NCBI GenBank assembly: GCA_963708295.1
Contig: CAVPSJ010000012.1
Coordinates: forward strand, 64,001 to 128,000
DNA: 64,000 nt
Reading direction: 5' to 3'
DNA from: an uncultured delta proteobacterium
GTDB taxonomy: Bacteria > Desulfobacterota > BSN033 > UBA1163
Numbering within the stretch: the first letter of the stretch is position 1; every line of letters begins with the position of its first letter. Below the pieces are notes generated by a model. That model made no database searches. It was not told where the DNA came from and saw nothing but the letters and a program-made list of their open reading frames with translations. Of the stretch, positions 27,888 through 38,400 are shown in pieces. Made by a program: the position numbers and the translations under genes.

Positions 27888-28934
27888 TTATTTGGGGTTT
27901 GAAATTTGGGATTTGGTTATTCCGTTCTCCTGGGCGGTTCCATTTTCGGCTAAAAATTCCAAAACAAGGGCGGCGACGTCTTCCGGTTTCTGCAACTCCA
28001 AATCGTGAATGCCATCATTAAACCGGACAATCCTGGCATTTCGAAGGTGGGCCCTCAAGAACTCCGCATTCGTCACTGCCATCCCGTGATAATAGGAATT
28101 CCCCCCGTAAAGGTAAAGAACAGGGGTTTGAATGGTTTTGGCCTGATCCGTGAAATCTCTCGATGTCTCGAGGGTCCGGGAGATGAGATGCCATGAAACG
28201 GCTGAAGCGGTTTTGTTATTTTCGGTGATGATCTCAACAACTTCTCTCTTTTCTGCCTCGGTCATCTGCTCCCATGCCTTGCCCATGACCGATTTTGCAA
28301 CGATCCTGGAGGCAAGGCCCAAACGAATCACCCCGATCGAAAGCTCTCCAACCACAGGCCATCCTAAGAGTCCCTTCATCGGCCGATAGGGAATATCCTG
28401 ATTTCTAATGCCGTTTCCTTCAATGGAGATGATCTTGTCCACCTTCTCCGGGTAACGAGCGGCAAGATTTAAGGCGATCGCTCCCCCATAGGAAACCCCG
28501 AAAATCTGAGCCCTCGGGATCTGCAAGGCCTCGATCATCTTCACGATCAAATCGGCCTGCTCTTCGATAGTGTACCCAAACCCGGACCGGGGTTTGTCGG
28601 AATCTCCCACACCGAGGTAATCGACACAAAACAGTTTATAATGGTTGGAAAGATATGGGATGATCCTGTTCCAGTGTCTGTAGGTGCTAAAGGCCCCCGG
28701 GATGAGAACGATGGGCTCACCCTCCCCCGCCTCGACATAATGAATATTGTAGCCCTGAACGACAACGAACTTATCCACACCGTATTGAGGCTTCGAATAA
28801 ACTTTGTGTTGGTCATTTTTGACCATGTAGCTGCAGCTACTGATCAGGAAAACGCAACCGGACATGAGAAGAACGGCGCCCATCCGGCCAAATTTGACGT
28901 TCGATATCATCCTCTTCATCACGGTCACCCGCAA
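27888..28934 (-). CDS. alpha/beta hydrolase (possible lipoprotein; start uncertain)
   Basis: HYVEAGEGEPIVLIPG, D.LG.GDSDKP, GVSYGG nucleophile elbow, catalytic His region GIHDL. Confidence 0.88.
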   Translation of the reverse strand: MRVTVMKRMISNVKFGRMGAVLLMSGCVFLISSCSYMVKNDQHKVYSKPQYGVDKFVVVQGYNIHYVEAGEGEPIVLIPGAFSTYRHWNRIIPYLSNHYKLFCVDYLGVGDSDKPRSGFGYTIEEQADLIVKMIEALQIPRAQIFGVSYGGAIALNLAARYPEKVDKIISIEGNGIRNQDIPYRPMKGLLGWPVVGELSIGVIRLGLASRIVAKSVMGKAWEQMTEAEKREVVEIITENNKTASAVSWHLISRTLETSRDFTDQAKTIQTPVLYLYGGNSYYHGMAVTNAEFLRAHLRNARIVRFNDGIHDLELQKPEDVAALVLEFLAENGTAQENGITKSQISNPK

Positions 28935-29025
28935 AGGGCGGAGCTCGGCATGGTGTTCCCTTTATATTGTACCCCTTGACCCCGCCCGAAGGGCGGGGAT
29001 TCGGGGAATCTGTCAAAAAATTCAA

Positions 29026-29352
29026 TTACCAACCTCCAAGCAAATGAAGATGAAGATGGAAAATGACCTGGCCGCCCCCACGCTCGACATTAAAGAGCAG
29101 CCGATAGCCCGACTGAGCAATCGATACTTCTCTTGCCATCTCCTTCGCCCTGACGATCATTTCTAACACAATACCCTTATCTTTTTCCTCTAAATCGTTG
29201 AGGCTTCGAATATGTTTCCTGGGAACAATGAGAAGATGAACCGGTGCATGGGGACGGATATCCTTAAAAACAACCAAAGACTCATCCTGATACAGGAAAT
29301 CGGCTGGCTGTTCTCCTTTTATGATTTTACAGAAAATACATTTTTCTTCCAT
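29026..29352 (-). CDS. hinT: histidine triad (HINT) nucleotide-binding protein
   Basis: CIFCKII, FKDI.P.AP.H.LIVP, GQ.IFHLHLHLLGG. Confidence 0.95.
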   Translation of the reverse strand: MEEKCIFCKIIKGEQPADFLYQDESLVVFKDIRPHAPVHLLIVPRKHIRSLNDLEEKDKGIVLEMIVRAKEMAREVSIAQSGYRLLFNVERGGGQVIFHLHLHLLGGW

Positions 29353-29534
29353 AGAACCGGGCGACCGGCCCGCACAGGCCCGGTTTTCAATCGACTATCT
29401 TTAATATGCCTAAGACGATATGTCAATAAATAGTCCAATAAATATTATTACTGCCCGGTTTAAACGGAAGTCTTAAGCCGTCGCATTGATTTTATTCGCC
29501 TTTTCGATCAATATGCGTATCTATTAAATCCAGG

Positions 29535-29764
29535 TTCATCGCAGAGACGCAAAGAACGCTGAGGGAATTTTCTTATGATCCGATCGGGAGACGGCGATCT
29601 GATCATAAACCCTCACCTTTCAGGGATAGATTCAAAGTTGCGTTTCATCACTATGGGCTGCGAATAATGCATGTTTCAACGTGGAAGAGAGCTTTTTATT
29701 TGGCGGCCTCTCCCCGCCAAATGGAAGAGTCATTCCTCTGCGCCCTCTGCGCCTCCGCGGTGAA
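29535..29764. repeat. MITE-like element with 9-bp-periodic ~29-bp inverted ends
   Basis: TTCATCGCAGAGACGCAAAGAACGCTGAG ... CTCTGCGCCCTCTGCGCCTCCGCGGTGAA; partial right end again near 32970-33000. Confidence 0.7.
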
Positions 29765-29795
29765 ATTTCTATCCTGGACAAGATTGATAAATTAT

Positions 29796-30554
29796 TTAAG
29801 GCAAGAACGGGATTCCGAAAAGGTGCGAGGCGTTGGCTGTGGTCTGCTCTGCTACGATCGAACGATCCAATTTTTTCAGCCGGGCTACCTCTCCCAGGGA
29901 TACGAGCACATCTTTAGGCCTTGCCTCCCTTCCCTGATACCTCACAGGGGTGTCCGTCTCCAGCAGAATCCTCTCGATCGGTGCCCGTTTGATTGCCTCT
30001 TGATGAGGGGGGCTGTAAACCAAAGCAGGGGTCGCTGAAATAAAGTAGCCTCTAGACAAAATTTTATCCAAGAGGTCAACAGAGCCCGAATACCAATGAA
30101 AAACCACTTTCTCGATCTTCTTTTCCTTCACCATCTCAAACGTCCGCTGATGGGAGTATCGACAATGAATAATGACTGGCTTGTCATATTCACGGGCAAT
30201 CTCCAGAAGCTTCCCGAAGACCTCCCATTGCAGACCCTTCCTGACCTTGATTCTATAATCCAATCCGACCTCACCCAAAGCCACCCCTTCCTTCAGATGA
30301 TTCCGGATGAAGGAAAGGTTTGTCTCCACCTCTTCTTCTTTAATCTTCCATGGGTGATAGCCCAGGGCCGGATAGACGTACCGGGTATTCGATCCGGCGA
30401 TCCCGAGAGCTCTTTGATTCGATTCGATATCCATTCCTACGGCGACGATGCCGCATACACCCGCTTCCTTGGCCTCTCGAAGAGATGTCGGGAGGTCATC
30501 CAGCTCCTCCAGATGAGCATGGCCGTCTATCAAATATAATTCTTTTGTAGCCAC
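29796..30554 (-). CDS. tatD: TatD-family DNase
   Basis: IDGHAHL, LGYHP, GEVGLDY, IHCR, VFHWYSG, LLETDTP. Confidence 0.95.
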   Translation of the reverse strand: MATKELYLIDGHAHLEELDDLPTSLREAKEAGVCGIVAVGMDIESNQRALGIAGSNTRYVYPALGYHPWKIKEEEVETNLSFIRNHLKEGVALGEVGLDYRIKVRKGLQWEVFGKLLEIAREYDKPVIIHCRYSHQRTFEMVKEKKIEKVVFHWYSGSVDLLDKILSRGYFISATPALVYSPPHQEAIKRAPIERILLETDTPVRYQGREARPKDVLVSLGEVARLKKLDRSIVAEQTTANASHLFGIPFLP

Positions 30555-30649
30555 CTGGTATCAATCCTTAGTCTCACAGGCTGTAGAAAAACGTAGAAAA
30601 ACCTTGATCTGCTTCGGTTCCCTCATCCCTTGCTATTGCAGCACGGTCA

Positions 30650-30842
30650 GGAACGCATATATGCGTTCCCTACAAAAGATTTCGCGGACATTTCGGAAGT
30701 CCCCGCCCTATGCCACTCGGTTTCCCCTCCTCACCCGCAAGTCGTTGCAACTCGATTCCCTTCCCTTAACCCCGCCTCGCCTCCCCTTAATTTAAGGGGA
30801 GGTAGGGAGGAGTTAAAGGGATCCCGCCAAGGGGGAGGGAGA
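30650..30842. repeat. GTAG REP plus family D palindromes
   Basis: Second GTAG REP copy; CCTCCCCTTAATTTAAGGGGAGG nested in a larger inverted repeat. Confidence 0.7.
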
Positions 30843-30858
30843 TGAGCTCGCCTCGTCC

Positions 30859-32538
30859 TCACCCTTTCCCTTCCCCCTCCATATCGTAGCACCAGCAGAG
30901 AATCCCTCCATCAACGTTCTTTACATTTTCAAACCCTTCGTGCTTAAGATTGAGACTGGCTTTGTAAGAACGCTGGCCGGAATGACAGTGAACCGCAGTC
31001 TCCTTTTTCTTATCGAGCTCCCCCGCCCGTTTCTTCAGCTCTCCCAGGGGGATCCAGATGGAGTTTGGGATGCGTTGTTTCTTGACCTCCTCTTCTTCCC
31101 TCACATCCACCAGCTGAAAAGATTCTTTTGAAGTCTTCATCCTCTCCCGCACCTCTGAGGCTTGAATCCCCTCTACCTTCCCCTCCAATTTATTCATCAA
31201 CACATTGGCCGCCACGATCACCGGCGAGAGAGCGGGACTGAACGGAGGAGCATAGGCCAGATCCACGCTGGCCAGCTCCCTGCACGTCATTCGTCCGTGG
31301 AGCGCCATCGCCAGAATATCGATGAATTTATCTGAAGGGCCTTCACCGACCGCCTGGCCTCCCAGAATCCTTCCTGTCTCCTTCTCTGCGATGACCTTCA
31401 GGGTGGATTCTTTGCCTCCCGGGTAATAGTGAGCCCGGTCATATCCCCGGACAACGGCCTGAATGGGACGAAAACCTTCCTTCTCGGCTTCCCGCATACT
31501 CAGTCCGGTCTTGGCGACGTTGAAATCGAAAGTCTTAAAGATCGTTGTTCCCATCACCCCCGGAAAGGTAGCATTCCCGCCGCAGACATTGGCTCCCACC
31601 ACTCTCCCCTGTTTATTGGCAGTCGACCCCAGGGGAACCCAGACCCTCTTCCCCGTCACGAGATGCGTCGTTTCCGCACAGTCTCCGGCGGAATAAATCC
31701 CTTCAGCGCTTGTCTCCATCTTCTCATTGACCCAGATTGCCCCTGTCTCCCCGATCTTTAATCCTGTTTTTTTTGCCAGTTCAACCTGGGGACGAATCCC
31801 CAGGCTCATCAGAACGACATCTGTTTTCAACTCACGGGCCGCGGTCTGCACGCGGGTGACCTTTCCTGCTTCACCCTTCAAGGCCTGAATCCCCTCCGAG
31901 GTGAAGATCTTCACCTCTTTCTTCTCCAGGTATTGCTGCAAGATGCCCGCAAAATCTTCGTCGAAAAGTGTCAGAATTTGAGGAGCCAGCTCAACGATCG
32001 TTACGCTCTTACCCAAACGGACAAGCGACTCAGCCATCTCAAGCCCGATGTAGCCTCCTCCTGCAATCACGACGTCCCGAATCCTTTCAGACCGAATTTG
32101 CTGGGTGAATGCATCGGCATCGAAGATCGACCGGAGGTAAAAGATATTATTTAGATCTATTCCTTCAATTTTAGGCCGGATGGGAGAGGCGCCCGTTGCA
32201 ACAACCAGCCGGTCAAAGTGATCCGTAAAAGGATCTCCCGATCCCATTTTTTTCCCCGAGACGCGATGGTTCCGGACATCGATCTCCTCAATCCGGCGAT
32301 TCTTCAACACCCGGATCCCATCCAGGGCAAACTGCCCGGGCGTTCGCGAAATCAACTCATCCCTTCCTCCGATGACACCGCTCGCATAGTACGGCAACCC
32401 ACATCCTGCGTAGGAGATTTCATCCTCCTCCTGGTAAATGACGATTTCCATCTCAGGATCACATCGCCTCGCCTTCGCTGCCGCCTTGGGTCCTGCGGCC
32501 ACTCCTCCAATCACAACCAGTCTCTTCGTCATTTTCAA
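30859..32538 (-). CDS. CoA-disulfide/persulfide reductase with C-terminal rhodanese domain
   Basis: IGGVAAG, SYAGCGLPY, GGGYIGLE, DLAYAPPFS, rhodanese DVRE...HCHSGQRS. Confidence 0.92.
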   Translation of the reverse strand: MKMTKRLVVIGGVAAGPKAAAKARRCDPEMEIVIYQEEDEISYAGCGLPYYASGVIGGRDELISRTPGQFALDGIRVLKNRRIEEIDVRNHRVSGKKMGSGDPFTDHFDRLVVATGASPIRPKIEGIDLNNIFYLRSIFDADAFTQQIRSERIRDVVIAGGGYIGLEMAESLVRLGKSVTIVELAPQILTLFDEDFAGILQQYLEKKEVKIFTSEGIQALKGEAGKVTRVQTAARELKTDVVLMSLGIRPQVELAKKTGLKIGETGAIWVNEKMETSAEGIYSAGDCAETTHLVTGKRVWVPLGSTANKQGRVVGANVCGGNATFPGVMGTTIFKTFDFNVAKTGLSMREAEKEGFRPIQAVVRGYDRAHYYPGGKESTLKVIAEKETGRILGGQAVGEGPSDKFIDILAMALHGRMTCRELASVDLAYAPPFSPALSPVIVAANVLMNKLEGKVEGIQASEVRERMKTSKESFQLVDVREEEEVKKQRIPNSIWIPLGELKKRAGELDKKKETAVHCHSGQRSYKASLNLKHEGFENVKNVDGGILCWCYDMEGEGKG

Positions 32539-32612
32539 GACCCCTTTCTCAGCGTTCTCTGGGCTAACATCCTATTAGTACTCAGCTGTCCAAATTGCTA
32601 GCCGCTCCATAA

Positions 32613-33000
32613 CTGAATAGACATCTGATTAACCCCACCCCCACCCCCTGAACCATGTAAGGTTCAGGGCATTGTCCTGCACCCCGCGTGGTGCAGGGCT
32701 TTCCCGCCCTCTGAAGGGGAGGGGCGGTCGGGTGGAAAAGATTTAGAGCGGCAACCTTTAGACGTTCGTATTCGGGCGTCCCAAGTCTATGAATGCATTC
32801 GGCTTTATACAAGCGACGATTTTCCATAACCTAAGAAACCCGCGTTCTAAATCTTTGGAGCCCGACTACTCCTCCCCTCAAACTGCTATTACGACACAGT
32901 CCCTGAAGGGGAGGGGAACTCTTATATTCCTCCCTTTTCAAGGGGGAGGTTAGGAGGGGGATGGGGTCCCTCTGCGGTGAGAATCCTATTTTGGACAAGC
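32613..33000. repeat. cluster of nested palindromic mini-elements
   Basis: Inverted copy of the 13527-13560 tail, interrupted by CCCTGAACC..GGTTCAGGG and CCTGCACC..GGTGCAGG; further family D units. Confidence 0.7.
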
Positions 33001-33327
33001 TTCTGAATCATAGTGCAGGGCTAACCAGATGGTCTTTTGCTTGGCGTCCGTCCATTCAACGCGATGGCGCTTATGGGCCGGGATATGGACATAATCCCCC
33101 GAACGCATCACGCACGCTTCTGCCTCGCCTTCAAAGAGCACACCCGCCTCTCCACTGAGCAAGATCACCCATTCACTCGTATTTTGATCATACCATTTAC
33201 CCGGCGGCGTTCTTTGCCCCGCCGAAAGAATACGTTCGAGTCTGAATTGCTGGGTATCGAGCAGCGCCTCGGACGTTTCTTCCATCATCACTTCAGGCAG
33301 ATCTCGAAATAGATTCCTAATCCTCAT
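32986..33327 (-). CDS. cupin-domain protein
   Basis: RLERI.S.G..TP.G.WYDQ..EWV.LL.G.A, IPAH.RHRVEWT. Confidence 0.9.
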   Translation of the reverse strand: MRIRNLFRDLPEVMMEETSEALLDTQQFRLERILSAGQRTPPGKWYDQNTSEWVILLSGEAGVLFEGEAEACVMRSGDYVHIPAHKRHRVEWTDAKQKTIWLALHYDSEACPK

Positions 33328-33910
33328 GGACGCCTCTCTCCCCCCCGGGTGCTTTTAAACCCTGCCACCACTCCTTGGGCTCTGTTTTGAGGCATTCCGC
33401 CGCTATCCTCTTTGCCGATTCTGTTGCCAGCGCGGCCTGAGCATTCAAGATCCAATCGGCGACGTCACGACATCCCAAAGCCTGATATTCACGGGCCTGT
33501 ACCAAGCATTCCAGGAGATCGGCATCACGGGCCAGCCTTGCCTCCGGTGAGGCTTCCTTTTCGAATTCCTCAAAAAAAGAGACGACTTCATTCGCTACTC
33601 CCTCGGGAAGCCTCTTACTCTGTTCGCTTATGGCCTTCTTATCAACGTCTCTCCAGTCCGCGTATCTCCTGACGATTCGATGGGCATCGTTCGTCCTGGC
33701 TTCCGGGAGATCATGAAATAACGCCATGAGAACAGCTTTCCCGGTATCCGCTCGTTCCAGACGGGCAAGAAGATAAGCAATGATCGCCGTCCTGAAAGTG
33801 TGTTCTGCCACGCTTTCAGGATCTTTTACGCCGGCGATCCACCATCCCGAACGTTTCACCTTCTTGAGCTGACCCACCTCATACAGAAATTTTGCAATCT
33901 CATTTTTCAC
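33317..33910 (-). CDS. HD-domain phosphohydrolase (YfbR/HDDC2-like)
   Basis: LK.V.RSGW, ESVAEHTFR, ALFHDLPEAR..D, DAD.LE; start set at GTG 33910. Confidence 0.9.
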   Translation of the reverse strand: MKNEIAKFLYEVGQLKKVKRSGWWIAGVKDPESVAEHTFRTAIIAYLLARLERADTGKAVLMALFHDLPEARTNDAHRIVRRYADWRDVDKKAISEQSKRLPEGVANEVVSFFEEFEKEASPEARLARDADLLECLVQAREYQALGCRDVADWILNAQAALATESAKRIAAECLKTEPKEWWQGLKAPGGERGVHED

Positions 33911-34025
33911 AAACTTGCCCTCCCGAGCCCATCGTAGTGAATACAAACTAACTCCCCCACCCTCCCCCTCCCCCATCAAGGGGGAGGGAAGATTAAGTGG
34001 TCATATTTTCATGGCCGTTCGGTGC

Positions 34026-34391
34026 TTAACCGAGCCCGTATTTCAGTCTTGCCCTCTTCTTTCTCTTTGATTTTTGCCGCCTCGCCTTGTCCATGAGGAT
34101 ATCTTCAGGCGTCGGGCGACCCAACCCCTCTTCGACCTTCCTGACGAGCTCACGCCTTGCAAGAAACCGATTGAGAGATTGGCTCCTCTCCTTCATGCAT
34201 TTTATCTCAAACCCTGTTGGGATGTGCCTGAGATAAACGCAGGTCGAGGTCTTATTCACCTTTTGCCCTCCCCTGCCGGAGGACCGGACGAATTTTTCTT
34301 CGATGTCCTTTTCATAAATTCCAAGAGCCTCCATTCTTTCCTGAAGCCACTTATTCTTCTCTTCGCTCACGGCAAATAGAGCCACGTTCAT
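34026..34391 (-). CDS. stand-alone RF-1 (GGQ) domain protein, ArfB-like peptidyl-tRNA hydrolase
   Basis: EEKFVRSSGRGGQKVNKTST.V.L.H.PTG...RSQ..NR..A; basic C-terminal tail. Confidence 0.9.
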   Translation of the reverse strand: MNVALFAVSEEKNKWLQERMEALGIYEKDIEEKFVRSSGRGGQKVNKTSTCVYLRHIPTGFEIKCMKERSQSLNRFLARRELVRKVEEGLGRPTPEDILMDKARRQKSKRKKRARLKYGLG

Positions 34392-34675
34392 TCTTCCTTC
34401 AAGACTTCAAATGATTTCGCGTTCAGACTTTTCTATCTTCTTCTATTCCCTTCTATCCCTTTTATATTCATGATACCAGATAAGTCACCCATCCAAAAAG
34501 AAAAATCGAGCAGAACCCTAAAACTTCCTTCATCGACTGTGTCTTAGCCAATTTTCCAGAGTCCGTATCCTGCTCCCAGCCACGCCTCCCTATTTATTCC
34601 ATCTCCCTTGACATAGCCAGTTCGAATTCTTAAACTTGCTTTGAGTCGATAAATGCACCCTAAGGAGAACCACAG

Positions 34676-34801
34676 ATGAATAAGAGGCAGATTCGCTTCC
34701 TGTCAGGGGTTCTGATGGTTTTTATTGTTCTCTCCGGCCTGCACGGATGGGCTCAACCGACGGACGAATTCCCTTGCTATTCGACCGGGAATGGTTTATA
34801 G
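34676..34801 (+). pseudogene. 41-aa signal-peptide ORF, probable truncated exported-protein gene
   Basis: Promoter TTGACA-17-TAAACT (34608-34636), RBS AAGGAG, MNKRQIRFLSGVLMVFIVLSGLHGWAQ.. Confidence 0.45.
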
Positions 34802-34892
34802 TGGAGTCAATTTTGACTTGGAGAGATTGAAACACTGATCATCCTGCTTGCTTGACTGAACCCTTCGCCACGTTCCATTAAGAACAGGTTGA

Positions 34893-36551
34893 ATGCGCAG
34901 AAATTGGAAAAAAGAGAAAAGCTTGGAAGAAGGGGTTTCAGAAAAAGCCTACCTATTGGATCCGACCGAAGATCTCATCTCCCTTTCCGACGAATTGGAT
35001 ATCGACCTATCCGCTGAGCTGCCCGAAATGGAGGCAGAGAATGAACACGCTCATCCCCTGGAGGAGGAAGACATTGAGGTTGGATACCCGTCTTTCGCCG
35101 GAAAGTTGGTCGATCCCGTTCGGATTTACCTGAAGGAGATGGGTTCCTTTCCTCTTTTAACCCGCGAGGGAGAGGTCGAGGTGGCTAAGAAAATCGAAAA
35201 CGGACAGCAGGGGCTTCTCAGTGTGGTGCTCAGTTGCCCCATTTCGATCAAGGAAATCACCACCCTGGGAAAGGCTCTCCGAAGCGGAAAGACGAAAATC
35301 AGCGAGGTCACGAACGAGATCGAGGAGGAGGAAACAAATCCGAAAGCGGAGAAGCTTCAAAAAATGAGAGTCCTCCATCTCGTCGAGCGGGTCGGGAAAG
35401 AGGGAAATAAAGTCCAATCTCTTCGGAAGAAGCTGAAGGATATAAAAAGGAAATCTTCTCGGAAGAAGATCGAAGGAGAACTGTCCAAGACAAACGCTCA
35501 AATACTGGATGCCTTTAAGCGGATTAACTTGAGAGAAGACCAGGTCAACAGGATCATTCAAAGGTTGCGGCAGTGGAACCTTCAACTGGAAATGGCCCAG
35601 CAAGAGTTAAAGAGAATTGGCGGAGATCCGGGGAATCCGATCCAGCGGACCCAAAAGTCCTCGAAGGCCAAAAAGGCTGGCGAGAAGCGAAAAAAACTGC
35701 ACGATAGGAAGGCGATTGCCCGAAATTTCAAACGTCGAATCAGCAGGATGGAGATCGAGTGTGGTCTATCTTCAGAGCAGCTGAAAGAGGCGCTGAAGGC
35801 GATAGAGACGGGGGAAACCAGCATCAGGGAAGCAAAGGCTGAGTTGATCAAGGCGAATCTGAGATTGGTGATTTCGATTGCCAAGAGATACCTGAACCGG
35901 GGGCTCCAGTTTCTGGATTTGATTCAAGAGGGAAATATTGGGCTCATGAGGGCGGTGGAAAAATTCGAATACCAAAGGGGATATAAGTTCGGGACTTATG
36001 CGACGTGGTGGGTTCGCCAGGCCATCACCCGTGCCATCGCTGACCAAGCCCGGACCATTCGCATTCCCGTCCACATGATCGAGGTCATCAATAAGCTGAA
36101 CCGGGCCTCTCGATCCCTCGTTCAGCAGATGGGAAGGGAACCCACGCTCGAAGAGATCGCAGAAAAAATGGGAGTGCCCCTTCATCATGTTCAGAAGATT
36201 CTAAAGGTAAGCAAGAAGACGATCTCCTTAGAAACCCCTGTCGGCGAGGAAGAGGATGGCCGCCTGGAGGATTTTATCGAGGACAAGGGATCCATCTCTC
36301 CCCAGGATGCCGCCATTAATTCCAACTTGATCAAGCAGACTCGAACGGTTCTCTCGACGTTGGATAAGCGGGAGGAAAAGATTTTGAGAATGCGGTTCGG
36401 AATCGGTGAGAACCACGACCATACCCTCGAAGAGGTGGGACAGGACTTTAATGTGACACGGGAGCGCATCCGGCAAATTGAGGAGAAGGCCCTCAGGAAG
36501 CTAAAGCATCCCAGCCGAGCGGAGAAACTGAAGACTTTTGTCGAGTATTAA
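34893..36551 (+). CDS. rpoD: RpoD-like sigma70 factor (probable paralog; region 1.1 degenerate)
   Basis: [85 protein letters not shown]. Confidence 0.9.
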   Translation: MRRNWKKEKSLEEGVSEKAYLLDPTEDLISLSDELDIDLSAELPEMEAENEHAHPLEEEDIEVGYPSFAGKLVDPVRIYLKEMGSFPLLTREGEVEVAKKIENGQQGLLSVVLSCPISIKEITTLGKALRSGKTKISEVTNEIEEEETNPKAEKLQKMRVLHLVERVGKEGNKVQSLRKKLKDIKRKSSRKKIEGELSKTNAQILDAFKRINLREDQVNRIIQRLRQWNLQLEMAQQELKRIGGDPGNPIQRTQKSSKAKKAGEKRKKLHDRKAIARNFKRRISRMEIECGLSSEQLKEALKAIETGETSIREAKAELIKANLRLVISIAKRYLNRGLQFLDLIQEGNIGLMRAVEKFEYQRGYKFGTYATWWVRQAITRAIADQARTIRIPVHMIEVINKLNRASRSLVQQMGREPTLEEIAEKMGVPLHHVQKILKVSKKTISLETPVGEEEDGRLEDFIEDKGSISPQDAAINSNLIKQTRTVLSTLDKREEKILRMRFGIGENHDHTLEEVGQDFNVTRERIRQIEEKALRKLKHPSRAEKLKTFVEY

Positions 36552-36566
36552 AAGAGGAGGAAGACG

Positions 36567-36881
36567 ATGAACATCTATGTAGGGAATCTGTCGTTCGACG
36601 TGAAAGAGGAAAACCTTCAAGCGGCGTTTCAAGCGTTCGGACAAGTGAGCTCAGCGACCATCGTAAGAGACAAGTATAGCGGCCAACCCCGGGGTTTTGG
36701 GTTCGTCGAGATGCCTGATCAGAATGAGGCTCGAACAGCCATCGCAAACCTGAATGGAAAAGAACTGCTGGGTCGGCAGATGAATGTGAATGAAGCTCGT
36801 CCTCGCCCCGATCGGGGAGGGCCCGGAAGGCAAGGGGGCCGGGGGGGAAGACCCCCTGAGGGAGGTAGGGGCCGTTATTAA
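36567..36881 (+). CDS. RRM RNA-binding protein with Gly/Arg tail
   Basis: MNIYVGNLS, RGFGFVEM, VNEARP. Confidence 0.95.
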   Translation: MNIYVGNLSFDVKEENLQAAFQAFGQVSSATIVRDKYSGQPRGFGFVEMPDQNEARTAIANLNGKELLGRQMNVNEARPRPDRGGPGRQGGRGGRPPEGGRGRY

Positions 36882-36980
36882 GAAGGGCCTGTGCTCGTCT
36901 CGTCCCCAAAAAGCGTTTTGCGCTCAGATTCGGCCTTCTCATTTTGATAAATATCGGAAAATGAAGAAGGCAGAGGAAGA

Positions 36981-37742
36981 TCAGAAAGTAAAGAGTTCGA
37001 TCCCGCCCGAGACATTGAGCACGATCCCGGTAATGTATTTCGCATGATCCGAAGCTAAGAAAACAACGGCATGGGCCACATCTTCAGGCTCCCCAGGCTT
37101 TCTAAAAGCCGTCCGTTTGATTAATCTCTCTCTCATTTCAGCAGGGATGAGTCGAAAAGACTCGGAGTTTATAATTCCCGGGCAGACCACATTACAGTTA
37201 ATCCCATACCTCGCCCCTTCGAGAGCCAATGTTTTTGTAAAACCGATGATGCCTGCCTTGGTGGTTGAGTAACTCGCCTGCCCAAACCCTCCGAGCGTCC
37301 CTGCCACAGACGCCATATTGATAATCCTCCCCCAACCCTTTTCTTTCATATAGGGCCACACCACCTGGGAGCAGTGATAGGTGCCCGTCAAATTGACCCG
37401 AAGGTCCCTTTTCCAGAGGTCCTCTTTTTGTTCCAGGATCTGACCGAGGTGGTCCAGTGTGGCCGCGCTGTTTACCAGGATATCGATGGATCCGAATTCC
37501 TTGTTAATTCTCGCAGCCCCTTCTTTCACCTCGTCGATCTTGGTCACATCCATACGAACGGCAAAAGACTTTCTTCCCCGGGCCCGGATTTCCTGCGACG
37601 TTTTTTCAGCCCCTTCCATCACGATGTCTGCGATGACGACATCCGCGCCCGCTTCGGACAAAGCGAAGGCATCCACTTTTCCGAGCCCCCTTGAGCCCCC
37701 GGTGACTAACGCCACTTTACCCTCTAACAGCATTTCTCCCAT
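36981..37742 (-). CDS. SDR oxidoreductase (FabG/3-hydroxyacyl-CoA dehydrogenase-like)
   Basis: TGGSRGLG, WGRIINMASVAG, GQASYSTTK. Confidence 0.92.
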   Translation of the reverse strand: MGEMLLEGKVALVTGGSRGLGKVDAFALSEAGADVVIADIVMEGAEKTSQEIRARGRKSFAVRMDVTKIDEVKEGAARINKEFGSIDILVNSAATLDHLGQILEQKEDLWKRDLRVNLTGTYHCSQVVWPYMKEKGWGRIINMASVAGTLGGFGQASYSTTKAGIIGFTKTLALEGARYGINCNVVCPGIINSESFRLIPAEMRERLIKRTAFRKPGEPEDVAHAVVFLASDHAKYITGIVLNVSGGIELFTF

Positions 37743-37777
37743 CCTCCACCTTTGCTTTGGATATATTATCGAAAGAT

Positions 37778-37920
37778 AAAATTCGAAATCCGAATATCGA
37801 AACTCGAAACAAATCCGAATTCAAATTTCAAAATTCAAAACTACTTCTATCTGTTTAGGTCATTTGTATTTCGAAAATTCGTGTTTGTTTCGAATTTCGG
37901 ATTTCGTGCTTCGGATTTAG
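37778..37920. repeat. heptamer-periodic inverted repeat
   Basis: AAATTCG AAATCCG AATATCG AAACTCG AAAC ... GTTT CGAATTT CGGATTT CGTGCTT CGGATTT. Confidence 0.85.
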
Positions 37921-37955
37921 AAATCCAAACTCACCACTGACGCTATCCATAAAAA

Positions 37956-38399
37956 TCATGACGAGACAGGTTCCAATATGATGGTCACCTTGCCATCCGG
38001 AAGCGTTTGCGGGGAGGCCTTCATTTTCATCCCAATGTTGATCTTCTTCAGATCCACCTTCGGTATCCAGCCCATAATCCGCAATCCACCTTCCACCTCC
38101 AGAAGCCCGATGGGGCACGGCTCAAATTGGATGCTCGAAAAAGGCATCAGAGGCTGCCGGACGGCGAAATGTTCGGGAGGGACATGGATCTTCGTAAAAG
38201 TGACCAGACTCCCTTCGCCCTTCAACGCTTTCCACTCCATGTCGCTCGACATACATTCCGGGCAATCCGCCTGCGGAGGATAGTACGACTTTCCGCATTT
38301 CTTGCAGATCGTTGACATAATCTTCCCTGCGGCCAGATCTTCTGCGAATCGAGCCACCTTTGTCTGTGAGATGGCTAAAGAGAAATTCTTGAAATCCAT
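37956..38399 (-). CDS. DUF35 Zn-ribbon/OB-fold protein
   Basis: CKKCG..YYPPQADCPEC, G.L.TFT; directly after the thiolase. Confidence 0.9.
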   Translation of the reverse strand: MDFKNFSLAISQTKVARFAEDLAAGKIMSTICKKCGKSYYPPQADCPECMSSDMEWKALKGEGSLVTFTKIHVPPEHFAVRQPLMPFSSIQFEPCPIGLLEVEGGLRIMGWIPKVDLKKINIGMKMKASPQTLPDGKVTIILEPVSS

Positions 38400-38400
38400 T

